From: Mobula hypostoma
Taxonomy: Eukaryota
DNA: 60,000 bases
Assembly (NCBI RefSeq): GCF_963921235.1
Contig: NC_086107.1
Coordinates: 115,384,001 to 115,444,000 of the forward strand
Reading direction: 5' to 3'
Numbering within the stretch: position 1 is the stretch's first letter; each line of letters starts with the position of its first letter. The notes beneath the pieces are model-generated. The model was not told the DNA's origin. It was given only the letters and a program-made list of their open reading frames with translations, and did not search any database. This document shows, piece by piece, positions 13,479-26,407 of this stretch. Both the position numbers and the translations under genes were made by a program.

Positions 13479-14349
13479 CTTAACAAAACATTTGTGTAAT
13501 AATAAACGGAAGAGAAATAAACAGAGCATCTAACAGACGAGTATAAATGGCATGGACATCGTGAAGGAAGTATAATAGATGCACACATTTTATATTAAAA
13601 TAAAAATTCTTAAGATAATTGCATTTGTTTAAAACGATGATTGTAGGTCCGTACGTATCGCCTAAGCGTGTCAGGATTTCCTAATGACGCAATGGCATTG
13701 ATTAAGCTCCAATAATTCCGTGCTTCCGTTCAACAAAGTCTGAATAGCAACTGCGTGTAAATCTATTTATTTTGTTCAATAATCTCCCACTCACCTAAAT
13801 CTTCCCCGAAAATCAGTATATATATCTCCGCATTTTTCATGAAACCTGTTTATACGCCCAACTCTATATAGATTTGAGTGTAAACCGGTTTCATGAAAAC
13901 GGCCATAAACAGGAGCATTGCGCCATCACGAGCCTCCTGACATGTTTCAATAGCAACGTAACTCCTCCCAACCGCACGCTTTCTCTCGTAATTATATTCT
14001 ATTACTGTATGTAAAGGCGTCGTCCTTTAGCAGTTTAACTTCATGCGAGCAAGTGGAAACATTCCAGCTCTTGCTGTTTTGCTCAAGTCTTTCACATTTT
14101 CTAAGGTTAGGTGCGCATAAATGAACACAATATCGCAGCTATTGATGGATTCCAGCTTCAGTTTGAACTGTATACTGATACCCAGGAATATCAACAGCAC
14201 GCCAACTTAATCGATCGATAGGCTCTGGTCAGTTCCAGCGTATTTCCGGTTTTCACGTTTTTTACTTAGCCTTCTGTAATAGAACTATAAAGTGGAGTAT
14301 AGAGCTAAGCGAGGGGAGTGAGACAAAACTCTGTATCTAGAAAGCATAC

Positions 14350-14970
14350 GGTGCATTGGCATTCATCAATCGTGCGATTAGGTTTAGGAGCCGAGAGGTA
14401 ATGTTGCAGCTAAATAAGACCCTGGTCAGACCCCACTTGGAGTACTGTGCTTAGTTCTGGTCGCCTCACGACAGGAAGGATGTGGAAACCATAGAAAGGG
14501 TGCAGAGGAGATTTACAAGGATGTTGCCCGGATTGGGGAGCATGCCCTATGAAAACAGGCTGAGTGAACTCGGCCTTTTCTCCTTGGAGTGATGGAGGAT
14601 GAGAGGTGACCTGATAGAGGTGTATAAGATGATGAGAGGCATTGATCGTGTGGATAGTCAGAGGCTTTTTTCCAGGGCTGAAACGGCTGCCACCAGAGGG
14701 CACAGGTTTAAGGTGCTGGGGAGTAGGTACAGAGGAGATGTCAGGGGTAAGTTTTTACTCAGAGAGTGGTGAGTGCGTGGAATAGGCTGCTGGCAACGGT
14801 GGTGGAGGCGAATACAATAGGGTCTTTTAAGAGACTTTTGGATAGGTACATGGAGCTTAGAAAAATAGAGGGCTATGGGTAACCCTAGTAATTTCTAAGG
14901 TAGAGGCATGTTCGGCACAGCTTTGAGGGCCGAAGGGCCTGTATTGTGCTGTAGGTTTTCTATGCTTCTA
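14350..14970 (+). mobile_element. CR1 LINE 3' fragment
   Basis: ctggtcagaccccacttggagtactgtg...; tttctatg tail. Confidence 0.85.
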
Positions 14971-15900
14971 TGTAACCTCTTCCCAGATGGGAGTGGGACA
15001 AACAGTCCACGGGCCATGTGTATAGAATACTTCATGATGTTGCTGGCTCTTTTCCGGCACCTTTCAGTATATATGCTCTTAACGGTGCGTAGGCCGGTGC
15101 CGGTGATGCGTTGGGCAGTTTTGACTGCCTGGCGTAGAGCCTTCCTGTCCGTCACAGTGCCGTTCCCGCACCGACCGGCGATGCGGCTCGTCGGGAAGCT
15201 GTCTACTGCGCATGTCTAGAATGACGTAAGTATGGATCTGCATAGTCCAGCTTTCAGTCAGGATCAGGTGAAATATCAGGGGCATACGCCATGAAATTTG
15301 TTGCAATTCATGATAATAAAACCTGCAAATTACAGTGAGATATATATTTGTGGAGATCTGTTTTCACTTTGACATGAATCTTTTTCTGTTAATCAGCGTC
15401 AAAGAAGCCAAATTACATCCACTGCGATTCAATGTTGTAAAACAATAAAACATGAAAACTTCCGGGGGGGGGGTGAGGTAGTGTTCAAGGGCTCGATGAC
15501 GATTCAGAAATCTGATGGCAGAGGGGAAGAAGCTATTCCTAAATCTGCCTGTCTCTGATGGTACCAGTGAGAACAGGGCATGTCCTGGATGACAGAGACC
15601 CCAGTGACGGACGCCGCCTTTTTGAGGCATCGTTCCTTGAAGGTGTACGGGATGCTTGGAAGTCTAATGCCCATGTGGGAACTGATTGAGTTCGCAACTT
15701 TCTCCAGCTTATTTCTGTGCAGTGCCCCCCTCCCCTTAACTCCAAATGAAATACAGCCGCTGTCGTGCCTTCTTTGTAACTGTATCGATATGCTGGGCCC
15801 AGGATAGAGCCTCAGAGATATTGACTGCCAGGAACTTGAAACCACTCACCCTTTCTACTTCTAACCCCTTGGTGAGGACTGCCTCGGCTTACCCTTTCTG
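14971..15900 (-). mobile_element. Rex1-like LINE fragments
   Basis: RKALRQAVKTAQRITG; HPGHALFSLVPS..RFRNSFFPSAIR. Confidence 0.7.
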
Positions 15901-16611
15901 AAGTCCACCATGAATTCTTCGGTTTCTCCTCAGTCTCCTCGGAAACTGGAGGCGTTGGTGAGTCCTGACTGTGTAGGATGTGCTCTGGCGACGAGCGGTT
16001 GTGAGATGTGCAGTCCCGGGGGTTTCAAACCGCTTGTAGTTTCCAAGCCGATCTAAAGGCCGGTGTGAGTGATACGAGTTCTCCTGAAATCTATAACCGT
16101 CTCAGTTGTCTTGCAGACATCAAGGAAGAGATTTATTTTATAGTTTAAAGTGCATTTATTACCAAATTATGCACGCAGTAGACAACCCTGAGATTGGTCT
16201 TGCCCACGGACAGTCACGAAACAAAGAAAACCATGAATCCTTTCAAATAGAAACATCCCCCACCCCAACCCCCACCACCACGCGCAAAAGAAAAGGAATC
16301 GTGCAAACGATAACAAAAGAAAACGAGCGAAAAACACAAAGTCGAAAGAGTCCAGGAATAATTCAGCTCAGCTCAGTGTTCGTTAACTGCAGGCCGCCCC
16401 GATCGAATATCATCCAAATTCGCAACGAAAAAGGAGCGTCCAAAAACCAGAAACACATCATAACACATCAACTACAGGGTCCAATCAACAAACTGCGTCG
16501 ATTACACATTGCCCAAGATCTAGGGCTCCGGCACCATCCCCGACTGCGCCGAGGGAGAGGGAGGGACCATCCGACGCCTGGCTCTAGGCCTCCAACTCTT
16601 CCACCCCCTTT

Positions 16612-16965
16612 CTGAAGGCCGTTTCATTGCTGTTGGTGATGAACTTCGCCGCTATTGTGTCATCGGCGAACTTGCCAATGTGATTATTCGGGAATTAGTC
16701 TGCTCGGTCATGTGTGAGCGGAGTGTACGGCAATGGGCCCAGCACACAGCCCCGGGGGCGGGGGGGGGCACCCGTGTTGAGGATGATGGGGAGGGAGAAG
16801 CTGTTGTGCACCCAGACCATCTGAAGCGTTAGGAAGTCCAAGTGGTACATTTAGACCGGGGAGTAGGACGTTATTGACCAGAGTCTGTGGGACAATCGTG
16901 TTCAATGCCGAACTGAACTCCAGGAGCAGCAGTCTGATCAACGTGCCCTTGTTTTCGAAGTCTGT
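16612..16965 (-). mobile_element. Rex1-like RT fragment
   Basis: RLLLLEFSSALNTIVP; degenerate PPGLCAGP and KFADDT motifs. Confidence 0.65.
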
Positions 16966-17510
16966 CAGGGCTACGCGCACGAAAGACGATGTAGAACGGC
17001 ATGTTGGTGGGTGTGTCCATTGTGGCACAAATGGAGCATTTGATGTGTGCTAACATGCACCTGGGCGGTACATTAGTATTTACAGTGGTCACCATGGAGT
17101 GTAGCATTACCTTACAGGAATTACCGGGCAGTCCCAGGGTGTGTGTCAGTATCTGCAGCGTGTTCCAGGAAATATATCAGTGGTTACATGGGGTCTCCTG
17201 TATTGTGTCCGTATGTAGAGAGGTCTCATTTGCAAGTCTTTATTTAGCTGGTGTCCCCACCTCTGTCTTTACTTACAGGAGGCCCGTGTGCGTGTTTGTA
17301 TCTAGAGGTGGGCGGTGTGTGAGGGTCTGTATCTGGAGGCGGGACCCGTGTGAGAGTGATAAGGGAGTCACCGCGTGCGTGTCTTTATTTAGAGGAAGTC
17401 ACCGTGTACCTGTCTTTATTAACCAGGGTCCTGTGTTTGGGGTGTATTCCCGCGTGTCGGAATTTACAAGGAGTCGCGGAAAGTATGCCAATATTTACGG
17501 AGGGCTCCGT

Positions 17511-18918
17511 GGTGTGTGTGTGTGTTTGTGTGTGTGTGTTGTGTGAGTGTGAGTGTGAGTGTGGTGTGTGTGAGTGTGAGTGTGAGTTTGAGTGCGTGAG
17601 TGTGAGTGTGTTGTGTGTGTGTATGTGTGTGTTGTGTGTGTGAGTGTGAGTGTGAGTGTGGTGTGTGTGAGTGTGAGTGTGAGTGTGAGTGTGTGAGTGT
17701 GAGTGTGAGTGTGTTGTATGTGTGTGTGTGTGTCTGTGTGTTGTGTGAGTGTGAGTGTGAGTGTGGTGTGTGTGAGTGTGAGTGTGAGTGTGTGAGTGTG
17801 AGTGTGAGTGTGAGTGTGTGAGTGTGAGTGTGTGTGTGAGTGTGTTGTGTATGTGTGTGTGTGAGTGTGAGTGTGAGTGTGTGAGTGTGTGTGTGTGTGT
17901 GTGAGTGTGTGTGAGTGTGAGTGTGAGTGTGTTGTATGTGTGTGTATGTGTGTGTATGTGTGTCTGTGTGTGTGTGTGTATGTGTGTCTGTGTGTGTGTG
18001 AGTGTGAGTGTGTGAGTGTGTGTGTGAGTGTGAGTGTGAGTGTGAGTGTGTGAGTGTGAGTGTGTTGTGTGTGTGTGTATGTGTGTCTGTGTGTTTTGTG
18101 ACTGTGAGTGTGAGTGTGGTGTGTGTGAGTGTGAGTGTGAGTGTGTGAGTGTGAGTGTGAGTGTGAGTGTGGTGTGTGTTTTTGTGTGTGTTGTGTGTTG
18201 TGTGAGTGTGAGTGTGAGTGTGGTGTGTGTGTATGTGTGTGTGTGAGTGTGAGTGTGAGTGTGTGTGTGTGAGTGTGTTGTGTATGTGTGTGTATGTGTG
18301 TGTGTGAGTGTGAGTGTGTGAGTGTGTGTGTGTGAGTGTGTGTGTGTGAGTGTGAGTGTGTTGTATGTGTGTGTGTGTGTGTATGTGTGTCTGTGTGTGT
18401 GTATGTGTGTGTGTATGTGTGTCTGTGTGTGTGTGAGTGTGAGTGTGTGAGTGTGTGTGTGTGAGTGTGTGTGTGAGTGTGAGTGTGTTGTATGTGTGTG
18501 TGTATGTGTGTGTGTGTATGTGTGTCTGTGTGTTGTGTGAGTGTGAGTGTGAGTGTGAGTGTGGTGTGTGTGAGTGTGAGTGTGAGTGTGTGAGTGTGAG
18601 TGTGGTGTGTGTGTTTGTGTGTGTGTGTTGTGTGAGTGTGAGTGTGGTGTGTGTGTGTGTGTGTGAGTGTGAATGTGTGAGTGTGAGTGTGAGTGTGTGT
18701 GTGAGTGTGTTGTGTATGTGTGTGTGTATGTGTGTGTGTGAGTGTGAGTGTGTGAGTGTGTGTGTGTGAGTGTGTGTGTCTGTGTGTGGGTGAGTGTGAG
18801 TGTGAGTGTGCGTGTGAGTGTGAGTATGTTGTGTGTGTGTGTCTGTGTGTGGTGTGTGTGTGTGTGTATGTGTGTATGTGTGTGAGTGTGAGTGTGAGTG
18901 TGAGTGTGTCTGTGAGTG
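17511..18918. repeat. Complex (TG)n/(TGAGTG)n satellite, about 1.4 kb
   Basis: Direct inspection; explains the 548-aa His/Thr ORF. Confidence 0.97.
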
Positions 18919-19852
18919 TTTAGAGGATCCCGTGGAGTGTGTCGGTATTTGCAGGGTCTCGCTGGTGATATTTCTCTATTTAAAGTGGGTCCTTGTGGCG
19001 GTGTCTGTATTTTGTTGAATTGCCTGCCCACAGCACCACCCCACCCCCACGGTCATTCATGAAACCTCAAAGACACACGAGATTCTGCAGGTGTTAGACA
19101 GCCTGAGAAACATACATAAAATGCTGGAGAAACCCAGTAAATCAGGCAGCCTCTATGGAGGAGGGAGACCAGAGGGAGGAGGTTGACAGCTGAGGTGTAG
19201 TGCAGGAGTGAGAAGAGAAATGGAGGAAAGGAGAGAAGTGGAGGGGGAAGAGACGGCGATGTTCCTGCCGTCAAGTTGGAGGCTGATCATACGGAATGTG
19301 AGGTGTTGTGGGGAGTTGTGCACACAGCGCGTCACGGGAAACGGCCTCTCCTTTTGGACTGCCTATACTTCTTGATGCTTTGGTAAAGCAGCTTAATCAA
19401 AGTTCAAACCTACCCCGGACACCCTCTTTTCTCCCCTACCACTGTTACGCAGAATATACCCGAAAGCACGTCCCTCCAACTGCAGGACAGCTCCTACCCT
19501 GCAGTTATAAGATGAATGAATGGAACTCTTGTATGGTAAGGTGGACCTCATTGTTACCTGGAGTGCAAGTGGAACAGTTACATTTTACATTCCAGTATTG
19601 TTTAACCCTGTAGTACCTCGATGCTCTGTGCAATGATCTGACCCGTGTGGATGGCATGCAACACAAAGTATTTCTATCTATCTCGTCACGTGTGACAGTA
19701 ATAAAACGATTTACCATTTGTAAGAAGTAGCAAATAAGCTGTACAGCGTTTTTGCCTCCCTCCGCTGGTGCGCAGCGGTTACGTTGCAAATCTGAAACAC
19801 TTGTCGGGCTGCACCGGGGGTATTGCATTCATTTCTGGTCGCCCACTACAGA

Positions 19853-19854
<2 letters not shown>

Positions 19855-19933
<79 letters not shown>

Positions 19934-20032
19934 TGAGTGTGAGTTGTGTGTTGTGTGTGTGAGAGAGTGTGAGTGTGAGAGTATGAGTTGTGTGTTGTGT
20001 GAGTGTTGTGTGTGTGTGTGTGTGTGTGTGTG
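19855..20032. repeat. (TG)n(AG)n compound microsatellite
   Basis: Direct inspection. Confidence 0.95.
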
Positions 20033-20669
20033 TAGGGGAGGGGACGGGGTTAAGAAGATGCCAAAGAGGTTCACCAGGTGAATTAGAGGGTGTATAGACA
20101 GAGCAGACAGCTGGTGACATTTTCCCCCGGGTGCAAACACTAGAGTGCTGCTCTTTCAGATGAGAGGGGTAAGTTCAAAGGAGATTTGCGGGGCAAGTTT
20201 TCTTCTACACGGAGAGCAGCGGGTGGAATGTGCTGCCGAAGGGGTGCTGCAGGCCGATCTGAAAGAAGCTGTTAGTCCAAAACACGGGTGTATACAGTGG
20301 AGGGATCGAGACAATGTGTAAGCGAGTGGGATGGGTTGGCACGAGGAATTCTGCAGATGCTGGAATTTCAAGCAACACACATCAAAGTTGCTGGTGAACG
20401 CAGCAGGCCAGGCAGCATCTCGGGCTGCTGCGTTCACCAGCAACTTTTATGTGTGTTTGGGATGTGTTGAGTTGAATGTTCCTAATGACCGGCTTGATTA
20501 GTTGAACACAAGATGGTAGGCGGAAGGGCGTGTTTCTCTGCTTTTCGCCACACTCCTCCACAGCCCCGACCCCCCACACACCCCTCCCCCATGGCCCGGC
20601 ATCCTGACGCACGCGCATTTGTTCACCGCCAGTGTAACTCCGACACCCAGTGTCCGTCACGTGGATTCA

Positions 20670-20889
20670 TTAGAGAACCGGCGGCTTGGCGGCCGCGTCC
20701 TGCTCCTCGTAGGCCGAGTTGGCGTAGGTGTAACCGAGGTGCACAGAGGGTTTGTAGTAGTCGATGTTCCGGACGGGCGGTAAGTATGGGACCATATAGG
20801 AATCCCATCGGTGGCCCTCGGGCACCAGGCTATGCAGCGGGTACATGTGGAAGCGATCGGGGTGTGCCCGTAGCCAATCTTCCCAGATC
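20670..20889 (-). CDS. Tyrosinase-like gene, coding exon 4 (terminal): (K)IWEDWLRAHPDRFHMYPLHSLVPEGHRWDSYMVPYLPPVRNIDYYKPSVHLGYTYANSAYEEQDAAAKPPVL*
   Basis: Acceptor ttcctctgccgcaag; phase 2 fits exon 3; homologous to TYR exon 4 (IFEQWLRRH...GH..SYMVPF.P..RN...LGY.Y); ends TAATGA. Confidence 0.9.
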
Positions 20890-21463
20890 CTTGCGGCAGA
20901 GGAAACAGCGATCAGGGAGGAAAAGTTTTTGTCTCCTTGTCAATCCCTGAGATCCACCGTATCCCAACTCCTCCTCCTCGACCCTCGTGATCCATTCGTC
21001 TCCCTCCTCCTCTTTGCCCCCGTGATTCACCATTCTGTCTCCTCGTCCACCCCCATGCTCAACCATCATCACTCCTCCTCATCCCCCCATGTTCCACCTG
21101 TCTCCCTCCTCCTCGTCCCCCCCGTAATTGACCCATTTCCCTCGTCCCCCCGTGATCCACCCTTCTCCTGCCTCCTTGTTGCCCCCGTGATCCACCCCCT
21201 TCCTCTTCGTCCGCCGCCACCCACCCGCTCCTCCATGGCCCTCCCGTGAAACACTGATCTCCCTCTACGTCCCTCCTGTGATCTACCCGCCTCCTCTACC
21301 TCCCCCCTCGTGAGTCACTGTCTCCCTCCTCCTCATGCCTCTGAGTTCTATCCGAACCCCTCCTTTCCATCGCGCTTCCTCGGGATCCCGTGATTAGTCT
21401 ACTGGGCAGGGAAGGTAACGCTAGCAACTGCTGAGGTCACTGGCACAGGCAATGGCATCTTAC

Positions 21464-21605
21464 TTGTCGATGAAGGCATGGTGGAGAAGGAAGATGGGGT
21501 CGTTTGAGGCCGCGGCCACCTTGGAGATCGTGCCGTTGAGATAGATGTGAACTAGGTTGTGCAAAGTGCGACCCCTGGACCCAGAACGGCTGGGTTTCTG
21601 GTATC
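21464..21605 (-). CDS. Tyrosinase-like gene, exon 3 (CuB site): [46 protein letters not shown]
   Basis: cag/gtaag boundaries; HxxxH...NDPIFLLHH CuB motif. Confidence 0.95.
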
Positions 21606-21679
21606 CTGAAAGGTGACAGAGATCTGAGAGTCGTTGGCAATACAAAGATCCTGTAAGCGTGTTATGGGAAGGCGCAGAG

Positions 21680-22260
21680 GGAGATTCACTTTGTCTGACC
21701 CCGGGAGTGTGTGATGGGACGGTGTGGAGGGAGCTTCACTCTGTGTCAGACCCTTGTGTTGGGATGGAGTGGAGGGAATTTCACTCTGTGTCTGACCCCG
21801 GGAGTGTGTGATGGGACGGTGTGGAGGGAGTTTCACTCTGTGTCTGACCCCGGGAGTGTGTGATGGGACGGTGCAGAGGGAGATTCACTCTGTTTCTGAC
21901 CCCGGGAGTGTGTGATGGGATGGTGTGGAGGGAGTTTCACTCTGTGTCTGACCCCGGGAGTGTGTGATGGGACGGTGTGGAGGGAATTTCACTCTGTGTC
22001 TGACCCCGGGAGTGTGTGATGGGACGGTGTGGAGGGAGTTTCACACTGTGTCTGACCCCTGGAGTGTGTGATGGGACGGTGTGGAGGGAGCTTCACTCTG
22101 TGTCTGACCCCGGGAGTGTGTGATTGGACGGTGCGGAGGGAGATTCACTGTGTCTGACCCTGGGAGTGTGTGATGGAACGGTGTGGAGGGAGATTCACTC
22201 TGTGTCTGACCCCGGGAGTGTGTGATGGGATGGTGCGGAGGGACATTCACTCTGTGTCAG
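21680..22260. repeat. 52-bp minisatellite (cactctgtgtctgaccccgggagtgtgtgatgggacggtgtggagggagatt), about 11 copies
   Basis: Tandem units fill most of tyrosinase-like intron 2. Confidence 0.95.
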
Positions 22261-22290
22261 ACCGTGTGCGGGGTAATGCGCTCTCTGCAC

Positions 22291-22510
22291 CTTCCAGCAC
22301 GTTGCGGAAGCTGGAGATGGCGAACTGGTTGTAGGGATAGCCATCGTAGTTCTGTAGACTCAGGGCGTTGGACACATCGCGGGCGGTGGGCAGACGCGGG
22401 GCTCGCGGGTTAGCCCCTGGCCGGCGCCTTAGCAGATGGGTCTGTCGAGTGGGCTGGAGGCAGATGCTGTCCATGGATGCCTCTGTGTCTCCGTCGTAGG
22501 TGCACACCGT
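22291..22510 (-). CDS. Tyrosinase-like gene, exon 2: TVCTYDG...RRRPGANPRAPRLPTARDV...SSFRNVLEG
   Basis: cag/gtgcag boundaries, phase 0 to 1; homologous to TYR exon 2 (PRLP...FRNTLEG). Confidence 0.93.
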
Positions 22511-22513
22511 CTG

Positions 22514-23060
22514 TAGGGGGAGAGGAGTGGGAGAGAGAGGGTGTGGAAATGTGAGATGGAGGGGTTGGGAGGGTGATGGAGAGGTGGGGCGAATGAAAGG
22601 GTGTGAGTGATATGGAGGGAAAGAGATAAAAGGTGAGGAGGGAGGGAACAAGTGGGAGGGTGAGGGAGAGTGGAAGGAAAGGGGAAGAGAGCGGAGTGAA
22701 TGAGAGAGGGGGTGATGGAGAGGGATAGGATGAGAGAGGGGGTGGATGAGAGAGGGGGTGATGGAGAGGGGTGATGGAGAGGGGGGAGGATGAGAGAAGG
22801 GGGTGGATGAGGGGGGGTGGATGAGAGGGGAGGGTGGATGAGAGAGGGGGTGGATGAGAGAGGGGGAGGATAAGAGAGGGGGGGTGGATAAGAGAGGGGG
22901 GTAGATGAGAGAGGGGGGTGGATGAGAGGGGGAGGATGAGGGGGGTGGATGAGAGAGGGGGGTGGATGAGATTCGGGTGAATGAGAAGGGTTGATGGAGA
23001 AGGAAGGGGAGGAGGAGAAGGGAGAGAGTGGGCATGGGGAGGAAGGAGGAGGGAGGAGAG
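22514..23060. repeat. Purine-rich (ggatgagagagggggt-like) degenerate repeat
   Basis: Direct inspection. Confidence 0.85.
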
Positions 23061-23874
23061 AGGCGTGAGCAAGGGGATACAGTGAGCAAGGATATGGAAG
23101 AGGGATGAGTGGAGAACAAAGTTACTGTTAATCGGATATGCCGGGGGAATCGAGAAATAAGGCGTACTCCTGTTGTCCCCTATTTGCTCACATCATAGTC
23201 ACAGTCAAAGTCATACTTTATTGATCCCGAGGGAAATTGGGTTTCGTTACAGTTGCACCAACCAAGAATAGAGTATAAATATACCAATATAAAACCATAA
23301 ATAATTAAATAGTAATATGTAAATTATGCCAGGAAACATCCTCGGCATTTGGTCCATACTTTCCTATCCACGTACCTGTCCGAGTTAAATGTGAATGTAC
23401 CTGTCTCAACCACTTCATCTGGCCTCCCAACCACTGAGCACATCTACAGGAAGAAGGTACAGAAGCCTCAGGACTCACACCGGGAACAGTTACTACCCCT
23501 CAACCATCAGGGTCTTGAACAAAATTGAATAACTTCACTCAACTTGCTTTCTCCTTTATTGAAATGTTTTCACAACCAATCGACTCACTGTCAAGGACTC
23601 TTATCCCATGTTCTCAATATTTATTGCTTATCTCTTTATTATACTTAATATTACTCTTTTTGTAATTGCACAGTTTATAGTCTTCTGCACTTTGAATGCC
23701 CTAGATGGCCGGTCTTTCATTGATTCTATTATGGTTGTTATTCTATAGATTTATGGAGTATGCCCACAAGAAAATGAATCTCGGGATGGTATATGGTGAC
23801 ATATATGTACTTTGATAATAAAATTAACTTCGAACTTTGATAGCACGTTCCATATACAGAGCACCCTCTGGGTA

Positions 23875-25590
23875 CAAATCTGTCCTTATTAAACATTCTC
23901 CTCTCACCTTAAACCCGTGTCCTCTGGTTATTGATAGAAAAAGACTGTGCGCATTCATCCTGTCTGTGCCCCTCATGATTTTATACACATCTGTAAGGTC
24001 ACCCCTCAGTCTCCTACCCTGCAAAGAATAAAGTCTGAACTTTGCCAAACTCTCTGTAACTCAGTCCATCGAGTCCTGGCAACATCCTCATAAATCTCCT
24101 CTACCATTTTGCTGTCAATGGGGGGCGTTGGTATGGACCCAAATGCAAGACTCAGACACTGAAGTACTAGGAACAGGACTAGGCGTGACAAGGCAGCAAG
24201 GGAAGAGGGGAAGAAATGACGCTGGACATTGACACAGGCCCTGGACGAGACAAGGATTCAGAGCCTGGACTAGGACATGGACAAAAAACACGGAATCCGG
24301 ACAAGGATTATGGAACAAGGAGCCTGGACTAGTGACACGGAACTCCAGAACCAGAGCCGGGACAAGGACCCAGAAGCCGGGTCTTGGTTGGGACTCAGAA
24401 CCTGGGTCTAGGCTAGGACTCGTGACTAGGATCTTGGCAAGGACAGGACGTGGCTACAGAACAGGATGTGGAACTCCAGCACAGGTCGAGGCACATGGTC
24501 AGGACGAGAACACAAAGCCTTGACTTGGACAGGACGAGGTTCTTGGACGTGACTTGGACAGAACGAGAGACTCCTGGACAGTTCTAGGGAACCACTGCAC
24601 CGGGCTGGGCGAGGCACATGGACAGGACGAGAACACGAAGTCTTGACTTGGTCGAGGGAGACAGGAACGCAGAGCTTTGGTAATCTTGAGAGACAGGAAC
24701 ATGGAACACAGAGCCGGGACCCCTCCTTGGAAACAGGACGTAGGGCCGGGACTCATACACGGAACATTGAGAGACAGATCTCCACTCAAGGTAGCGGCAA
24801 ATGGCCGGAACTACCCAGCGAAGGCGAAGGCACAAGGAGACGGTTCCCAACACAAGGTAGCGGCAAACACCCGGACCTACCTAGCAACGGCGTGGACACA
24901 GATAGTTCCCAACTCGAGGTAGCGGCAAACGGTTGGACCTACCTAGAAACGGCGTGGACACAGAGACAGTTCCTAACTCAAGGAAGCGGCAAACGGCCGG
25001 ACCTACCTAGTGAAGGCGTGGACACAGAGACAGTTCAAAACAACGATAGACAGTTCCTTATCTTGCTCCAGCGGTTTAACTTGACAACGGTACAGGCGAG
25101 GATTACAGGCGAGGCGAGGCTTCAGGCGAGGCTAGGTTTCAGACACTAGTTGCAGGACAAGGCTTCAGGAGGAAGAGTCCGAGAAGGGATTCAGACAGGG
25201 GATATGGACGTGAACAATCCAGCAGCCAAGCCCTGGTCTCCGGAGGTATTTATGTGTCTGCCCAAACGAGAATCATGTGCCTTAATTAGAGCACCCAGCA
25301 GAACAATGGAAAACCGGAAATCCTGGAATACAGATCGAAGGACTGGACCGTGAACCAGAATGCGGATTTCATGGACCGGACCATGACATTTCCAGATTAA
25401 TGGCATCTTTTCTGTCGCAGGGCGACCAAAACTGAACAACAGCTGAGTGTGACCTGTACAACATCTTATCAACTGCATCATAACGTCCCAATTCCTGTAA
25501 TCAGTGGCCTGACTGATGAAGGTCAGTGTGACAAAGAGCACCTTCACCACCCTATCTTACCGTGGCGTTACTTTCATGTAAACCATATCC
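23875..25590 (-). mobile_element. CR1 fragment split by an LTR insertion
   Basis: RRLRGDLTDVYKIMRG (about 23900-24050); CR1 sequence resumes at 25389. Confidence 0.75.
24113..25388 (-). mobile_element. Solo LTR-like element (1276 bp) with internal tandem repeats
   Basis: Termini TGTCAATGG...CCATGACA; 5-bp TSD tttgc/tttcc (one mismatch); inserted in CR1; about 60-bp internal repeats at 24786-25035. Confidence 0.75.
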
Positions 25591-25619
25591 CTGAACCCTT
25601 TGTACCAATTCATTCAAAG

Positions 25620-26323
25620 TGTGTGCAATCACTCGGATAATAGATTTGCAAACGCAACTAATTTTGAAATTGGGAAAGAGAATGGTGTACGACTGGCAAC
25701 AAAAAACTCAGCTAGAAGTACGTACGTACTACGATGATAGCGCTGCCTAAAAATGCCACGGCAATATTGTGATTTCAACTTCATCCTTTCTGAGAGAGTT
25801 AAGATAGGTTTAATTAAGGCATCCACTCATATGTTGAACTTCGTGCTTAGAAACGCAGAATGTGAAGAACTGTCAATTCTTGTTGACACCGTTGGAACAT
25901 TTCAAGCCTCTGGTGCTGGCTGCGAACGTGAATTCAGTCTTACGAATTCAATCAAATGGCAAATCCAGACACAGACCAGAAGTGGACCATTTGGACGATC
26001 TAATGAGGATTAAGACATATCTTTCATCCGGACCCAAAGTTACTCCGAATATTGTTTATCGACAACGGATTTGCAATAAAGACCGACCAGTATAAAGTTT
26101 ATGAAACGTGAAAGCTTCTCTTTTGTAATGTATTTCATTACACCTTTCAATTAATACATGAAATTAAAACTATCTGATATTTAAAAGTTCGTTGTAAATA
26201 ATCAGAGTGTGCGTGTTACAAAGCAGTAATAAAGCGCCTCCGCGTTTTTCAGGTCGTGTAAATGTTTCCTTGGCAGAACAATGGCTGATCCTCACAGCTG
26301 TTTAAAAAACGGAGGCAACGCTG
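25620..26323 (+). mobile_element. Degenerate hAT transposon 3' end (dimerisation domain plus TIR)
   Basis: TFQASGAGCEREFSLTNSIK/KSRHRPEVDHLDDLMRIK resembles the hAT CERxFSxM..K..RNRL....L..LMRI motif; ends gcaacgctg (CAG-type TIR). Confidence 0.75.
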
Positions 26324-26407
26324 CTTTCCAGGGACCTGCCCTGGTTTGTCTTCCCGAAGTTCATTATCTCAATTCACTTGTAACCCGCTTTAATTAGAAT
26401 GGCTTCG

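Noticed and set aside
17385..19031. 548-aa His/Thr-rich ORF
   Set aside because: Translation of the TG/TGAGTG satellite
20890..20949. Alternative cag acceptor at 20947 for tyrosinase-like exon 4
   Set aside because: Gives an immediate in-frame TGA; the aag acceptor at 20890 restores TYR homology
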